A stretch of DNA of 64,000 bases from Deltaproteobacteria bacterium (GTDB lineage: Bacteria > Desulfobacterota > Syntrophia > Syntrophales > JACQWR01): contig JACQWR010000025.1 in NCBI GenBank assembly GCA_016209105.1, forward strand, positions 41,314 through 105,313. The letters are read 5' to 3'. Positions 22,801-31,387 of the stretch are shown one piece after another. The stretch's first letter is position 1. Each line of letters opens with the position of its first letter. Both the position numbers and the translations under genes were made by a program. The notes under the pieces were generated by a model. It had not been told where the DNA came from and did not search any database. It saw only the letters and a list, made by a program, of their open reading frames with translations.

Positions 22801-22939
22801 ATAGATTACGGTCCCTCCATCTGCGAGATACTGCATCCGTCCCGGGGAGAAGGATGCTCGGATGATGTAGCGAGCCAGTTTTTAATTAAAGTGGATTTAT
22901 ACTTGACAAATATTCCGAATATATGCCAAGTATGCTTCC

Positions 22940-24076
22940 ATGATATCAAGATCATTCTGGACGAATCGTATAGAAGTTGCCTGGCAGGAGGCCCCGATTG
23001 TCTGGCTTGCCGGTGTACGGCGCGTAGGAAAAACTACGCTTGCCCAGAGTCTCGGCCAGGAGCGGATATCTTATATCAATTGCGATCTTCCTGTCACTCA
23101 TGACATTGTGGCTGATCCGGAGCTTTTCTACCGTAACTGTACCCACCCGGTGGTCGTTTTTGACGAAATCCATCAGTTGCATGATCCAAGCACGGTTCTG
23201 AAAATCGGGGCAGATCTCTTCCCCCACCTGAAGATCATGGCTACCGGTTCGTCAACCATCGCAGCGAGTAAAAAATTCAGAGACACGCTGACGGGAAGGA
23301 AGCGTCGCGTCCATTTGACCCCTGTCCTCTGGGATGAACTGTCTGTCTTTGAGAATACGCCGCTTTTGAAGAGACTCTATCATGGTGGATTGCCGCAGGC
23401 ATTATTGAATGCGACCAAACAGTCCGGTTTTTATCGTGAATGGATTGATTCATTTTTTGCCCGCGATATTCAGAAGCTTTTTGCCTTTCGCAATTATGAT
23501 AAGTTTACTCTCTTCTTTGAGTACGTCATGAGGCAGAGCGGTGGTCAGTTGGAAACGAGCAAGGCAGCGTCTGCATTGTCCATTGGCAGACCAACTGTGG
23601 AAAGCCATATGCGGGCGCTGGAAATCACCCACGCCGCCACCATCGTGCGTCCCTTTTTCGGCGGTGGCCGCAAGGAGATCGTCAGGATGCCCAAAGTCTA
23701 CGGCTTCGACACGGGATTCGTGAGTTTCTGCCGTGGCTGGGAGCCCTTAAGACCGGATGATTGCGGCCTCCTGTGGGAGCATTTGGTGCTGGAGTATCTG
23801 CAGGCCCATCTTCCGGATCAGGCCGTGCAATACTGGCGCGACGCCGACGGGCGAGAGATCGATTTTATCATGATTAGAAAACGCGACGAAGTGGATGCCA
23901 TCGAATGCAAATGGAGTCCGGATCATTTCAATGCAGAGGGCCTCAAAATATTCCGGAGTTTCTACAACCGGGGGAAGAACTATCTTGTATGTCCCCTCTC
24001 GGGTCCCGGATATCGGAAACGCGTCGCAGGTATGGATATTCAGGTCTGCACTCCCGAAGGGTTATTGAAGCTATGA
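22940..24076 (+). CDS. AAA-family ATPase with DUF4143-type C-terminal domain
   Basis: Walker A GVRRVGKTT and Walker B VVVFDEIH. The C-terminal region (REIDFIMI...VDAIECKW) is typical of the AAA_14/DUF4143 family. Confidence 0.75.
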   Translation: MISRSFWTNRIEVAWQEAPIVWLAGVRRVGKTTLAQSLGQERISYINCDLPVTHDIVADPELFYRNCTHPVVVFDEIHQLHDPSTVLKIGADLFPHLKIMATGSSTIAASKKFRDTLTGRKRRVHLTPVLWDELSVFENTPLLKRLYHGGLPQALLNATKQSGFYREWIDSFFARDIQKLFAFRNYDKFTLFFEYVMRQSGGQLETSKAASALSIGRPTVESHMRALEITHAATIVRPFFGGGRKEIVRMPKVYGFDTGFVSFCRGWEPLRPDDCGLLWEHLVLEYLQAHLPDQAVQYWRDADGREIDFIMIRKRDEVDAIECKWSPDHFNAEGLKIFRSFYNRGKNYLVCPLSGPGYRKRVAGMDIQVCTPEGLLKL

Positions 24077-24165
24077 AACTCCTGAGGATTCGGCAGTTCC
24101 TCACTTTTGTCATTCTCTCTGTTTTACAAAAAAACGGAGAGGAGAGCCGAAGCACCAGGCCCGAC
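24061..24165 (-). repeat. Intergenic repeat, family B, copy B4 (reverse orientation; overlaps 3' end of ATPase gene)
   Basis: The reverse complement reads gagagaatgacaaaagtgaggaactgccgaatcctcaggagtttcatagcttcaataa. This aligns with the gagcgaatg...ttcaat core at 41962-42042 and 45668-45788. Confidence 0.45.
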
Positions 24166-24297
24166 TGGCTGAAAAAGGAGATTCCTCCCATTGCCAGCGG
24201 GCGGGCAATGTAATCGGGAACTTTCGTTCCGTTTGTCGCAGGGTGTTCGGGTGTTTTCCGCCCTCATCCCCATCGGCAGAAGACATTCGGTAAATGC

Positions 24298-24639
24298 CTA
24301 TCCTATGGCGATGCCGCCGCGTTCACCCGTGCCGATGCGCACGCATTCACCGAGGTCGAGCACAAAAATCTTGCCGTCTCCTATCTCGCCAGTGTGAGCG
24401 CCTTTGATGATTGCTTGGATAGTGGGTTCCACAAAGTCTTCGTTGACGGCGATTTCCAGTTTCACCTTCTTCAGCAGGCTTCCCACTTCCTTGGCGCCCC
24501 GGTATATCTCCGTAATCCCTTTCTGCCTGCCCTGTCCCAGGACGTTGGACACGGTCATCAGATTTACTTCCACGTCTTCAAGGGCCTGTTTCACTTCATC
24601 CAGTTTGTGGGGCTGAATGATGGCAATAACATATTTCAT
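24298..24639 (-). CDS. glnK: PII nitrogen regulatory protein (GlnK/GlnB-type)
   Basis: [21 protein letters not shown]-loop [17 protein letters not shown], and [11 protein letters not shown]. It lies 12 nt downstream of amt copy 2. Confidence 0.9.
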   Translation of the reverse strand: MKYVIAIIQPHKLDEVKQALEDVEVNLMTVSNVLGQGRQKGITEIYRGAKEVGSLLKKVKLEIAVNEDFVEPTIQAIIKGAHTGEIGDGKIFVLDLGECVRIGTGERGGIAIG

Positions 24640-24651
24640 GGCTTATCCCTC

Positions 24652-25884
24652 CTATTCCAGTACCGTGTAGGCCGATTCGTTGTGCTGGGTCAGGTCCAGA
24701 CCGATGAGTTCCTCTTTTTTCCCGACCCGCATGCCGATGAGCTGATCAACGATTTTGTATATGATGGAGGCCGTGATAAGGGCATAGAGGACTGCCACGA
24801 TAACCAGGGCCAACTGGACGAAAAACAGGTGAACGCCCCCGAAGAGGAGCCCGTCCGCACCGGCGGCATTTATGGCCTTTTCAGCGAAGAGCCCTGTAGC
24901 GATGGTTCCCCATATCCCGCCGACGCCATGGACGCCGAACACGTCGAGGGCGTCGTCGTACTTGAAGTGCGCCTTAATTTTTGTCAGAGCCAGGAAGCAA
25001 AAGATGCTTGCCAAGGCGCCGATGAAGATGGCGTTTAAGGGGCTGACAAAACCGCAGGCCGGCGTGATGGCCACGAGTCCCGCCACAACCCCCGTGACGG
25101 TGCCGAGCAACGTGGGAGCGCCGTGCTGTCGCCACTCGATGATTGCCCAGGTCAAACCGGCCGCGGCCGCGGAGGTATTCGTGGTGACGAAGGCATTGGC
25201 GGCAAGTGAACCGGCGGCAAGAGCGCTGCCCGCATTAAACCCAAACCAGCCGAACCAGAGAAGGCCCGCGCCTAGGGTGGTCCAAGACATGTTGTGGGGG
25301 CGGAAAGCTTGCTGTTCAAATCCAATCCGGCGTCCCAGCATGACGGCGATGACGAGGGCCGAGACGCCGGAACTGACGTGAACGACGATGCCGCCGGCAA
25401 AGTCGAGAGCGCCCAGGTTCCGCAGCCATCCCCCCATCCCCCATACCCAATGGGCCAGGGGGTCGTAGACGAACGTCGCCCAGAGGATCGTCATGGCAAG
25501 AAAGGCGGAGAATTTTATCCTTTCCGCAAAGGCGCCGATCATGAGCGCCGGGGTGATGATGGCGAACATGGCCTGAAAGATCATAAACACCTGGTGGGGG
25601 ATGGTGGCCGCATAGTCCGCATTGGGCTGACCACCAACGCCCCTCAAGCCCGCCCAGGCGAGGCTTCCAATGATGCCGTTTCCTATGTCGGGCCCGAAGG
25701 CGAGCGAGTAGCCGTAGAGCACCCACTGAAGGCTGATGACGCACATGATGATGAAACACTGCATGATGATAGACAGGACATTTTTCCTCCGCGCCAGCCC
25801 ACCGTAAAAAAAGGCGAGTCCCACGGTCATCAGCAGAACCAACGTGCTGGAAACTAAAACCCATGCCGTATCTCCTGTATTCAT
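24652..25884 (-). CDS. amt: Ammonium transporter (Amt family), copy 2
   Basis: MNTGDTAWVLV, FFYGGLARRKN, DFAGGIVVHV and WFGFNAGSA. It is a paralogue of 7950-9176. Confidence 0.92.
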   Translation of the reverse strand: MNTGDTAWVLVSSTLVLLMTVGLAFFYGGLARRKNVLSIIMQCFIIMCVISLQWVLYGYSLAFGPDIGNGIIGSLAWAGLRGVGGQPNADYAATIPHQVFMIFQAMFAIITPALMIGAFAERIKFSAFLAMTILWATFVYDPLAHWVWGMGGWLRNLGALDFAGGIVVHVSSGVSALVIAVMLGRRIGFEQQAFRPHNMSWTTLGAGLLWFGWFGFNAGSALAAGSLAANAFVTTNTSAAAAGLTWAIIEWRQHGAPTLLGTVTGVVAGLVAITPACGFVSPLNAIFIGALASIFCFLALTKIKAHFKYDDALDVFGVHGVGGIWGTIATGLFAEKAINAAGADGLLFGGVHLFFVQLALVIVAVLYALITASIIYKIVDQLIGMRVGKKEELIGLDLTQHNESAYTVLE

Positions 25885-25930
25885 GATTTTCCTCCTGATA
25901 AAATTACTTTTTGTTTTGCATACGCAGTAA

Positions 25931-25947
25931 GAGCAATTAAGGTGCCA
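25931..25947 (-). promoter_or_regulatory. Sigma-54 promoter TGGCACcttaaTTGCTC
   Basis: A perfect TGGCAC-N5-TTGC on the minus strand. The predicted start is about 37 nt upstream of the amt copy 2 ATG. Confidence 0.75.
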
Positions 25948-26108
25948 GCCCCCTTGGTAATGCTAACTAACTAATTTTCTTACGGTGTTTATGTGACAAA
26001 ATAATTTTTCTAAAAAACATAGAACAAACTTGTATCATCTTATCTTTTGTTAAACAAAAATGTGATTATCCGGGGTACCTCCTATGTCCGAGCCGTGTCG
26101 CGGTTCTT

Positions 26109-26846
26109 TTAAAAGTCGATATCCACCTGTATGGTTGCCGTCGGTTTGTAGGCGCTCTCGTTGTAAACATCGTATCCGAAAAGAACCCCCACATTCGGCG
26201 CGAACTTCCAGGCGAATGCGGCGCTCAGGGCGCCGTAGCTGTTCTTGCCGCCCATATAGTCAACGGCAAGCCAGAGTTTATCCGAAATCTCGGAGATGGT
26301 CCGATCCCAGGAAAGCAGGATGCCCTTGTTGTCCTTCGTGCCGTCTGTTTTCGTGAGAAGCCTGTCGTTGCCCGTGTAATATCCCGCCGAAAAACGTCCC
26401 AGCGCGCCCAGCGTTTTCGCGGCGATGAGGTAGTAGATGTTGTAATCCGTCACGTCCTTCTCGGTGCCGAAATCGTATCCGCCCACCGCTATGGCGGGTG
26501 AATATTTGAACAGTGCCCCTTCTTCGGGTATGCCGACCTTTGCATTGAACAAGAGGGGATAGACATGGTTTCCGCCTGTGTCGCGATAATCAATGCCCAC
26601 TTCCATCTGCACCGTCTTAAAGGGCAGCGCTCCCGCGGTTAGGCCAAGGTTGGTTACGGTTGACTCCGTCGTGCCGTCATCCCTGCTTTCTGTTTTGATG
26701 TAGGTGTCAAAACCGAAATGGACTGTTTTAAAGGGTACGATGTCCGTGGAGGGGATCCATATCTGTGTTGAGGGCGTGGCCCAGGCCGTGCCGTAAAACA
26801 ACGTAAACGCCAAAACGCCGAATGCCAGCAATCGAAAAGTCTTCAT
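26109..26846 (-). CDS. Outer-membrane beta-barrel (porin-like) protein
   Basis: RBS aagaggag before the ATG at 26846. Signal peptide MKTFRLLAFGVLAFTLFYGTAWA. Alternating aromatic/Gly beta-strand pattern and a C-terminal ...VDIDF ending in Phe. Confidence 0.7.
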   Translation of the reverse strand: MKTFRLLAFGVLAFTLFYGTAWATPSTQIWIPSTDIVPFKTVHFGFDTYIKTESRDDGTTESTVTNLGLTAGALPFKTVQMEVGIDYRDTGGNHVYPLLFNAKVGIPEEGALFKYSPAIAVGGYDFGTEKDVTDYNIYYLIAAKTLGALGRFSAGYYTGNDRLLTKTDGTKDNKGILLSWDRTISEISDKLWLAVDYMGGKNSYGALSAAFAWKFAPNVGVLFGYDVYNESAYKPTATIQVDIDF

Positions 26847-26943
26847 GTTATTCTCCTCTTTCCGGCAGCCCAAGTACCCCTGGGGCTGTCTTGTTATCCT
26901 GTTTCCTTTGCCCGATCGTTGCCGGGTGCCATTTGCCCGTAAA

Positions 26944-26961
26944 GGAGCAATTATGGTGCCA
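26944..26961 (-). promoter_or_regulatory. Sigma-54 promoter TGGCACcataaTTGCTCC
   Basis: A perfect TGGCAC-N5-TTGC. It matches the promoter at 25931-25947 at 16 of 17 positions and lies upstream of the porin-like gene. Confidence 0.75.
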
Positions 26962-27456
26962 TTAGAATTAGAACAATATATCTATTTGTTATCTTTAATA
27001 TTTAATCTTAGTTTACTGGAATATAGCGATAGAAATAGAACAATTTTGTAATATTATGTGGAAAGTTTAACGATAATGTTACCTGGAAATGGAACATGAG
27101 CGATCTTCACTGTACCGGCAGAGCACCTTCGAAAGGCGATGTTTCAGGGACAAACCCTGTGCCCTGCCCCCAAAAAGGATTTTGTGTTTCAGCAGGAACG
27201 GGTATGGATCAGAATCCTTTTCTTATGGCATGAGGCCCGCCAACGATTATGCCGTCTTTCCCGAGAAAACGTTCGTCGTTGGAGAACATCGCGTACAACC
27301 GATCCGCTTCCCTGTGGACAGGGGGGAGTAAATTTGTTATAAGGCACTCCTTCATGAGTGGCGCAGATCGCCATTTTTAGGCCGTTTCTGATTGCCCCTG
27401 ACCGGAGAAACAGTGAACGTGCTTATTTTTATGGGAGGATAGCCGAGGTTGATTCA

Positions 27457-28278
27457 ATGATCGAATTTTTCAAGATGAGCGGGAGCGGGAACGACTTCAT
27501 CCTGATTGACAACCGGGATCAATCGCTCGCGGTGCCTGATGTGGTGGAATTTGTGAAGGCCGTCTGCGAACGGAAGGTTTCCGTGGGGGCCGACGGGCTG
27601 ATCATTATCGAGAATTCCCCCCGCGCGGACTTCCGATGGCGTTTTTTCAACGCCGACGGCAGCGAGGTGGACATGTGCGGCAACGGCGGCCGGTGTGCCG
27701 CCCGCTTTGCGTTCATCAAGGGGATTGCCGGCGAAAAGATGTCCTTTGAAACCGGGGCTGGTCTTATTGACGCTGAGGTAAAAGACGATGTGGTCAAGCT
27801 GCGCCTCACCGAGCCCTATGACCTGAAACCGGAACAGCAGATCGCCGTGGAGGGACAATCACTCGCGGTGGGCAGCATAAACACGGGGGTTCCCCACGTG
27901 GTCCATTATGTCGAGGACATTGAACCGTATGACGTCTTCCGCGTGGGCAGGGCGATACGATACCATGAGGCGTACCAGCCCGCGGGAACGAATGCGAATT
28001 TTGCGAAGGTGGACGACCGGCATGCCATTACCGTAAGAACCTACGAGCGGGGCGTGGAAGACGAGACCCTTGCCTGCGGAACGGGTTCCGTCGCCTCCGT
28101 CCTCATATCGGCGGTAAAGGGGCTGGTTGATTCGCCGGTGGATGTAAAGGTGAGAAGCGGCGAGACCCTGACGGTTCATTTCAGGAAAACCGGCGACGGA
28201 TTTGCGAATGTATACCTTGAAGGCCGGGTGCGCGTGGTTTACGAGGGCCGGCTCTGGGAAGAGGCGTACGGAGGATAG
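27457..28278 (+). CDS. dapF: Diaminopimelate epimerase
   Basis: FFKMSGSGNDFILID, MCGNGGRC and LACGTGSVAS provide both catalytic Cys motifs. The ATG at 27457 is preferred over the upstream ORF start. Confidence 0.92.
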   Translation: MIEFFKMSGSGNDFILIDNRDQSLAVPDVVEFVKAVCERKVSVGADGLIIIENSPRADFRWRFFNADGSEVDMCGNGGRCAARFAFIKGIAGEKMSFETGAGLIDAEVKDDVVKLRLTEPYDLKPEQQIAVEGQSLAVGSINTGVPHVVHYVEDIEPYDVFRVGRAIRYHEAYQPAGTNANFAKVDDRHAITVRTYERGVEDETLACGTGSVASVLISAVKGLVDSPVDVKVRSGETLTVHFRKTGDGFANVYLEGRVRVVYEGRLWEEAYGG

Positions 28279-28372
28279 ACCTGAGGGTCAGGTGTCCGGG
28301 TTACACATGCCTTCCTGTTGCACCATTTATAATCAGCAACTATAGAATATATATCTGAAGGAGGAAAATACG

Positions 28373-29539
28373 TTGCAAACAGCCGAACGATTGACGAAGA
28401 TTCCGCCGTACCTTTTTATGGAACTGAGAAAGAAGATCGCCAAGGCGAAGGCCGATGGCGTGGATGTCATCAGCCTGGCGATCGGCGATCCCGTGGAGCC
28501 CACACCCGATTCGATTATTGATGCGCTCTGCGTAAGCGCGAGAGTTCCCGAAAACCACCGCTACCCCACGGACGAAGAGAAAGGGATGTTCGCCTTTCGG
28601 CAGGAAGTCTCGCACTGGTACGGCGAACGCTACGGCGTCACCCTGGACCCCGCAAACGAGATCCTCGGGCTTATCGGCTCCAAGGAAGGCTGCCACCATT
28701 TTATCCTGGGTTGCGTCAACCCCGGCGACGTCGTGCTCATGACGGACCCCGGCTATCCCGCCTACCGTTCCAGCATCCTGATGGGGGACGGCGAGCCGTA
28801 CAATATGCCGATTCTTGCGAAGAACAATTACTTGCCCGTCTTTGAAGATGTCCCCCTACAGATCGTGAAGAGAGCGCGGGCCATGTTCCTCAACTACCCC
28901 AACAATCCCACTGGTGCCTGCGCCACCAGGGAGTTCTTCGACCGGGTCGTCGCCTTCGCCAAAACGAACAATATTGCGGTCTGCTACGACAATCCCTACA
29001 GCGAGATCCTTTTTGACGATCAGGAACGACTGAGTTTCCTGATGGCCAAGGGCGCGAAGGATGTAGGCGTGGAGCTTAATTCCCTATCCAAGCCCTACAA
29101 CATGACCGGCTGGCGGATCGGGATGGCTGTCGGCAATCCCGAACTGCTTGCCGCCATGAGCAAGGTGAAGGAAAATACCGACTCGGGCATTTTCAATGCC
29201 ATCCAGTTTGCCGGCATCCACGCCCTGAAAAATGAGACCGCCTCCATAGGAAACATGATCAGCATCTACGCCCGGCGACGGGCACTGGTCCTGAAGACCC
29301 TCGCCGCCATCGGCATCAAATTCGATCCTCCAAAAGGGACATTCTATCTCTGGGCGCCGGTGCCCGCGGGGATGACCTCCATCGAGTTCACGAACCGGCT
29401 GTTTGAAAAAACCGCCGTCGTCGTGGCATCCGGCAATGCCTATGGCCAGTACGGCGAAGGCTATATCCGCATCTCCCTTACCGTGCCCGACAAGCGGCTT
29501 GAAGAGGCGATGACGCGGATCAAGAAGGAATTCGCCTAA
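28373..29539 (+). CDS. dapL: LL-diaminopimelate aminotransferase-like class I aminotransferase
   Basis: TTG start with RBS gaaggagga. IPPYLFMELRKK...ISLAIGDP, NPNNPTG, and SLSKPYNMTGWRIG (PLP Lys). It is adjacent to dapF. Confidence 0.7.
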   Translation: MQTAERLTKIPPYLFMELRKKIAKAKADGVDVISLAIGDPVEPTPDSIIDALCVSARVPENHRYPTDEEKGMFAFRQEVSHWYGERYGVTLDPANEILGLIGSKEGCHHFILGCVNPGDVVLMTDPGYPAYRSSILMGDGEPYNMPILAKNNYLPVFEDVPLQIVKRARAMFLNYPNNPTGACATREFFDRVVAFAKTNNIAVCYDNPYSEILFDDQERLSFLMAKGAKDVGVELNSLSKPYNMTGWRIGMAVGNPELLAAMSKVKENTDSGIFNAIQFAGIHALKNETASIGNMISIYARRRALVLKTLAAIGIKFDPPKGTFYLWAPVPAGMTSIEFTNRLFEKTAVVVASGNAYGQYGEGYIRISLTVPDKRLEEAMTRIKKEFA

Positions 29540-29561
29540 TATCTGGTGAAGGAAGAGTGAA

Positions 29562-30593
29562 ATGGAAATAGGTATTCTGGGTCTCCCCCAGAGCGGTAAG
29601 AGCACGCTCTTCGAGATCATGACGGGGACAAAAAGCAGCGACGTTCACGGCGAGGTCTGTGTCCGCGGCCAGGCCACGGTTCCCGATGAACGCTTCGACC
29701 ACCTTGTGGAGGTCTTCCATCCCGCGAAGGTGTCTCCCGCCAAGGTGCCCTTTACGGATGTGAACGCCGCAGGGGAAAAGGCATGGGATGCGGTGCGCCA
29801 GAACTTAAGCGGCGCCGACGGCCTCCTGCACGTGGTGGACGGATTTTCCACCGACAACGTTCAGGAAGTGATGAACAGCTACCGGAAGCTCGAGGATGAA
29901 CTGGTTCTTTCCGATCTGCTGATCGTGGAGAACCGCCTGGAGAAAATGACCCGGCTGCCGAAGAAGGCCCTCAATCCCCAGGAAAGTGCCCACACCCGTA
30001 TTCTTCCGCGGCTCAGGGAACAACTCGATGCAGGTAGGCCGCTGCGCGAACTTGAGTTCACGGGAGAGGAGATCACGTCCCTCAGGAGTTTCTCCTTTTG
30101 GACTATCCGTCCCGAACTGGTCGTCCTGAATACGGCAGAGGATAATCTAACGCTTGCCGATACCTTTCGCGATCAGGCGGGGCTCAAGGTGCCGGTCATC
30201 GGCATCTGCTGCCAAATCGAGGCGGAGCTGGCAGGTCTGGCGCCGGAGGAGCAGGCGGAATACTTGCGTTCAATGGGCATTGAGGAGCCAGCCTTCGGAC
30301 GGATCATCCGCGCGTCCTTTTCGCTGCTCGGCCGTATCGCCTATTTTACCTGCGGCGAGGACGAGGTGAAATCGTGGGTTATCCCGGCGGGATCGAAGGC
30401 CCCGCGTGCGGCCGCCGCGATCCACAAGGATTTTGAACGGGGTTTCATCAAGGCGGAAGTGGTGAGTTACGCGGATTTCCAGTCCTGCGGAAGCACACTC
30501 GCCGGCGCCAAGGCCGCCGGGAGGCTTCGTCTGGAGGGAAAGGAGTACGTTGTTCAGGATGGCGACATAATCACCTTCCGCTTCAACGTCTGA
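29562..30593 (+). CDS. ychF: YchF-family ribosome-binding ATPase/GTPase
   Basis: P-loop GLPQSGKST. C-terminal DFERGFIKAEVV...EGKEYVVQDGDIITFRFNV (the YchF TGS-like end). Confidence 0.85.
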   Translation: MEIGILGLPQSGKSTLFEIMTGTKSSDVHGEVCVRGQATVPDERFDHLVEVFHPAKVSPAKVPFTDVNAAGEKAWDAVRQNLSGADGLLHVVDGFSTDNVQEVMNSYRKLEDELVLSDLLIVENRLEKMTRLPKKALNPQESAHTRILPRLREQLDAGRPLRELEFTGEEITSLRSFSFWTIRPELVVLNTAEDNLTLADTFRDQAGLKVPVIGICCQIEAELAGLAPEEQAEYLRSMGIEEPAFGRIIRASFSLLGRIAYFTCGEDEVKSWVIPAGSKAPRAAAAIHKDFERGFIKAEVVSYADFQSCGSTLAGAKAAGRLRLEGKEYVVQDGDIITFRFNV

Positions 30594-30595
30594 AA

Positions 30596-30721
30596 CAGGC
30601 TGTTGAAAAATGCCTATCTGCGGCGTTTCCCTCGTCCTCCGCCATTCGACGTACGGAAAAGTACGCCATCATGGCTCAGGACTTCGGGAGCCTTGCATCT
30701 GGACATTTTTTACCAGCCTGT
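30596..30721 (+). repeat. Stop-codon-abutting inverted-repeat element, family A, copy A1
   Basis: Terminal inverted repeats caggctgttgaaaaatgcc / ggacattttttaccagcctg and a central hairpin gacgtac-ggaaaa-gtacgcc. It starts 3 nt after the ychF stop. Confidence 0.75.
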
Positions 30722-30750
30722 CAGAGTGATCTTGCTTGAATTGTAATTTT

Positions 30751-30921
30751 TTACCAGAATGGATTGATCTTCACTAAAATGGCCAACAAGATCAGAATAA
30801 TTGCTAAAAGAAAAAAAGACGAAGACTTGACCGGGAACTCTTCATCATCACCAATTATAAAAGCAATAAATAAAGCACATAAGGTAGAAAGAATTGCGAA
30901 GATAGTGAGTGCGATAATCAT
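30751..30921 (-). CDS. Possible 56-aa two-TM membrane peptide (below ORF-track cutoff)
   Basis: ATG preceded by GGGGGAG. Translation is MIIALTIFAILSTLCALFIAFIIGDDEEFPVKSSSFFLLAIILILLAILVKINPFW. It sits in a visibly AT-rich patch. Confidence 0.35.
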   Translation of the reverse strand: MIIALTIFAILSTLCALFIAFIIGDDEEFPVKSSSFFLLAIILILLAILVKINPFW

Positions 30922-30985
30922 TACTCCCCCTTCGATTTAAGAACAACGAATCTTGACAAAATAGCCTTGATACATTCCCGAATGC

Positions 30986-31387
30986 TTATTTCCCTTGCAG
31001 CATTGCCCTGAGTTGGGCGACTAATGATTCATAATCGTTCGCCCCTTGGGCAATGATCTCCCCGGGACAGACGGCGCTGCGGTCGGCCGTCAGGATGTTT
31101 GCCGCGATTGTCCCGGCCTCAAGGGGGATTCCCTTGTCCTCCAGAAAATCTGCGGCTGATTCCGACGCCGTTCCCGCGACCACGCTGCTGACGACCCCCG
31201 AATAGGCGGCGAGTTTCGCAGCTGCAAGTCCGATGATTTTGTCGTGCAGGATACAGTTCGCGTAACGAGGGCGGCATTCCTCCAGGCAGGCGACGAGCGG
31301 CATGATGCCCCGTCCCCGGGAAGAATGGACGATCGTTCCTTGGTGGATCAGGGCAAGCGAATATGCGCTGAAGCTAGGCGCTAACAT
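30986..31387 (-). CDS. DUF1893 (TM1506-like) domain protein
   Basis: The ATG at 31387 overlaps the upstream stop (ATGTTAG). LALIHQGTIVHSSRGRGIMPL...ILHDKIIGLAAAKLA resembles the DUF1893 family by recall. The upstream part of the 285-aa track ORF is a frame shadow. Confidence 0.6.
   Translation of the reverse strand: MLAPSFSAYSLALIHQGTIVHSSRGRGIMPLVACLEECRPRYANCILHDKIIGLAAAKLAAYSGVVSSVVAGTASESAADFLEDKGIPLEAGTIAANILTADRSAVCPGEIIAQGANDYESLVAQLRAMLQGK

Noticed and set aside
22800-23103. The 3' two-thirds of the 189-aa ORF starting at 22534.
   Set aside because: Similarity to sulfatase-family proteins stops near 22800. The remainder overlaps the well-supported ATPase gene start at 22940 in another frame.
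25948-27100. NifA-type TGT-N10-ACA enhancers upstream of the two minus-strand sigma-54 promoters.
   Set aside because: I checked every TGT in these spacers by hand and none is followed by ACA at N10. Only other palindromes (TTTTGTTaAACAAAA) are present, so no NifA-type UAS is claimed there.
27089-27342. Two overlapping ~70-80-aa plus-strand ORFs upstream of dapF.
   Set aside because: They have no RBS, no motifs, mutually overlapping frames and odd composition. They are most likely non-coding spacer.
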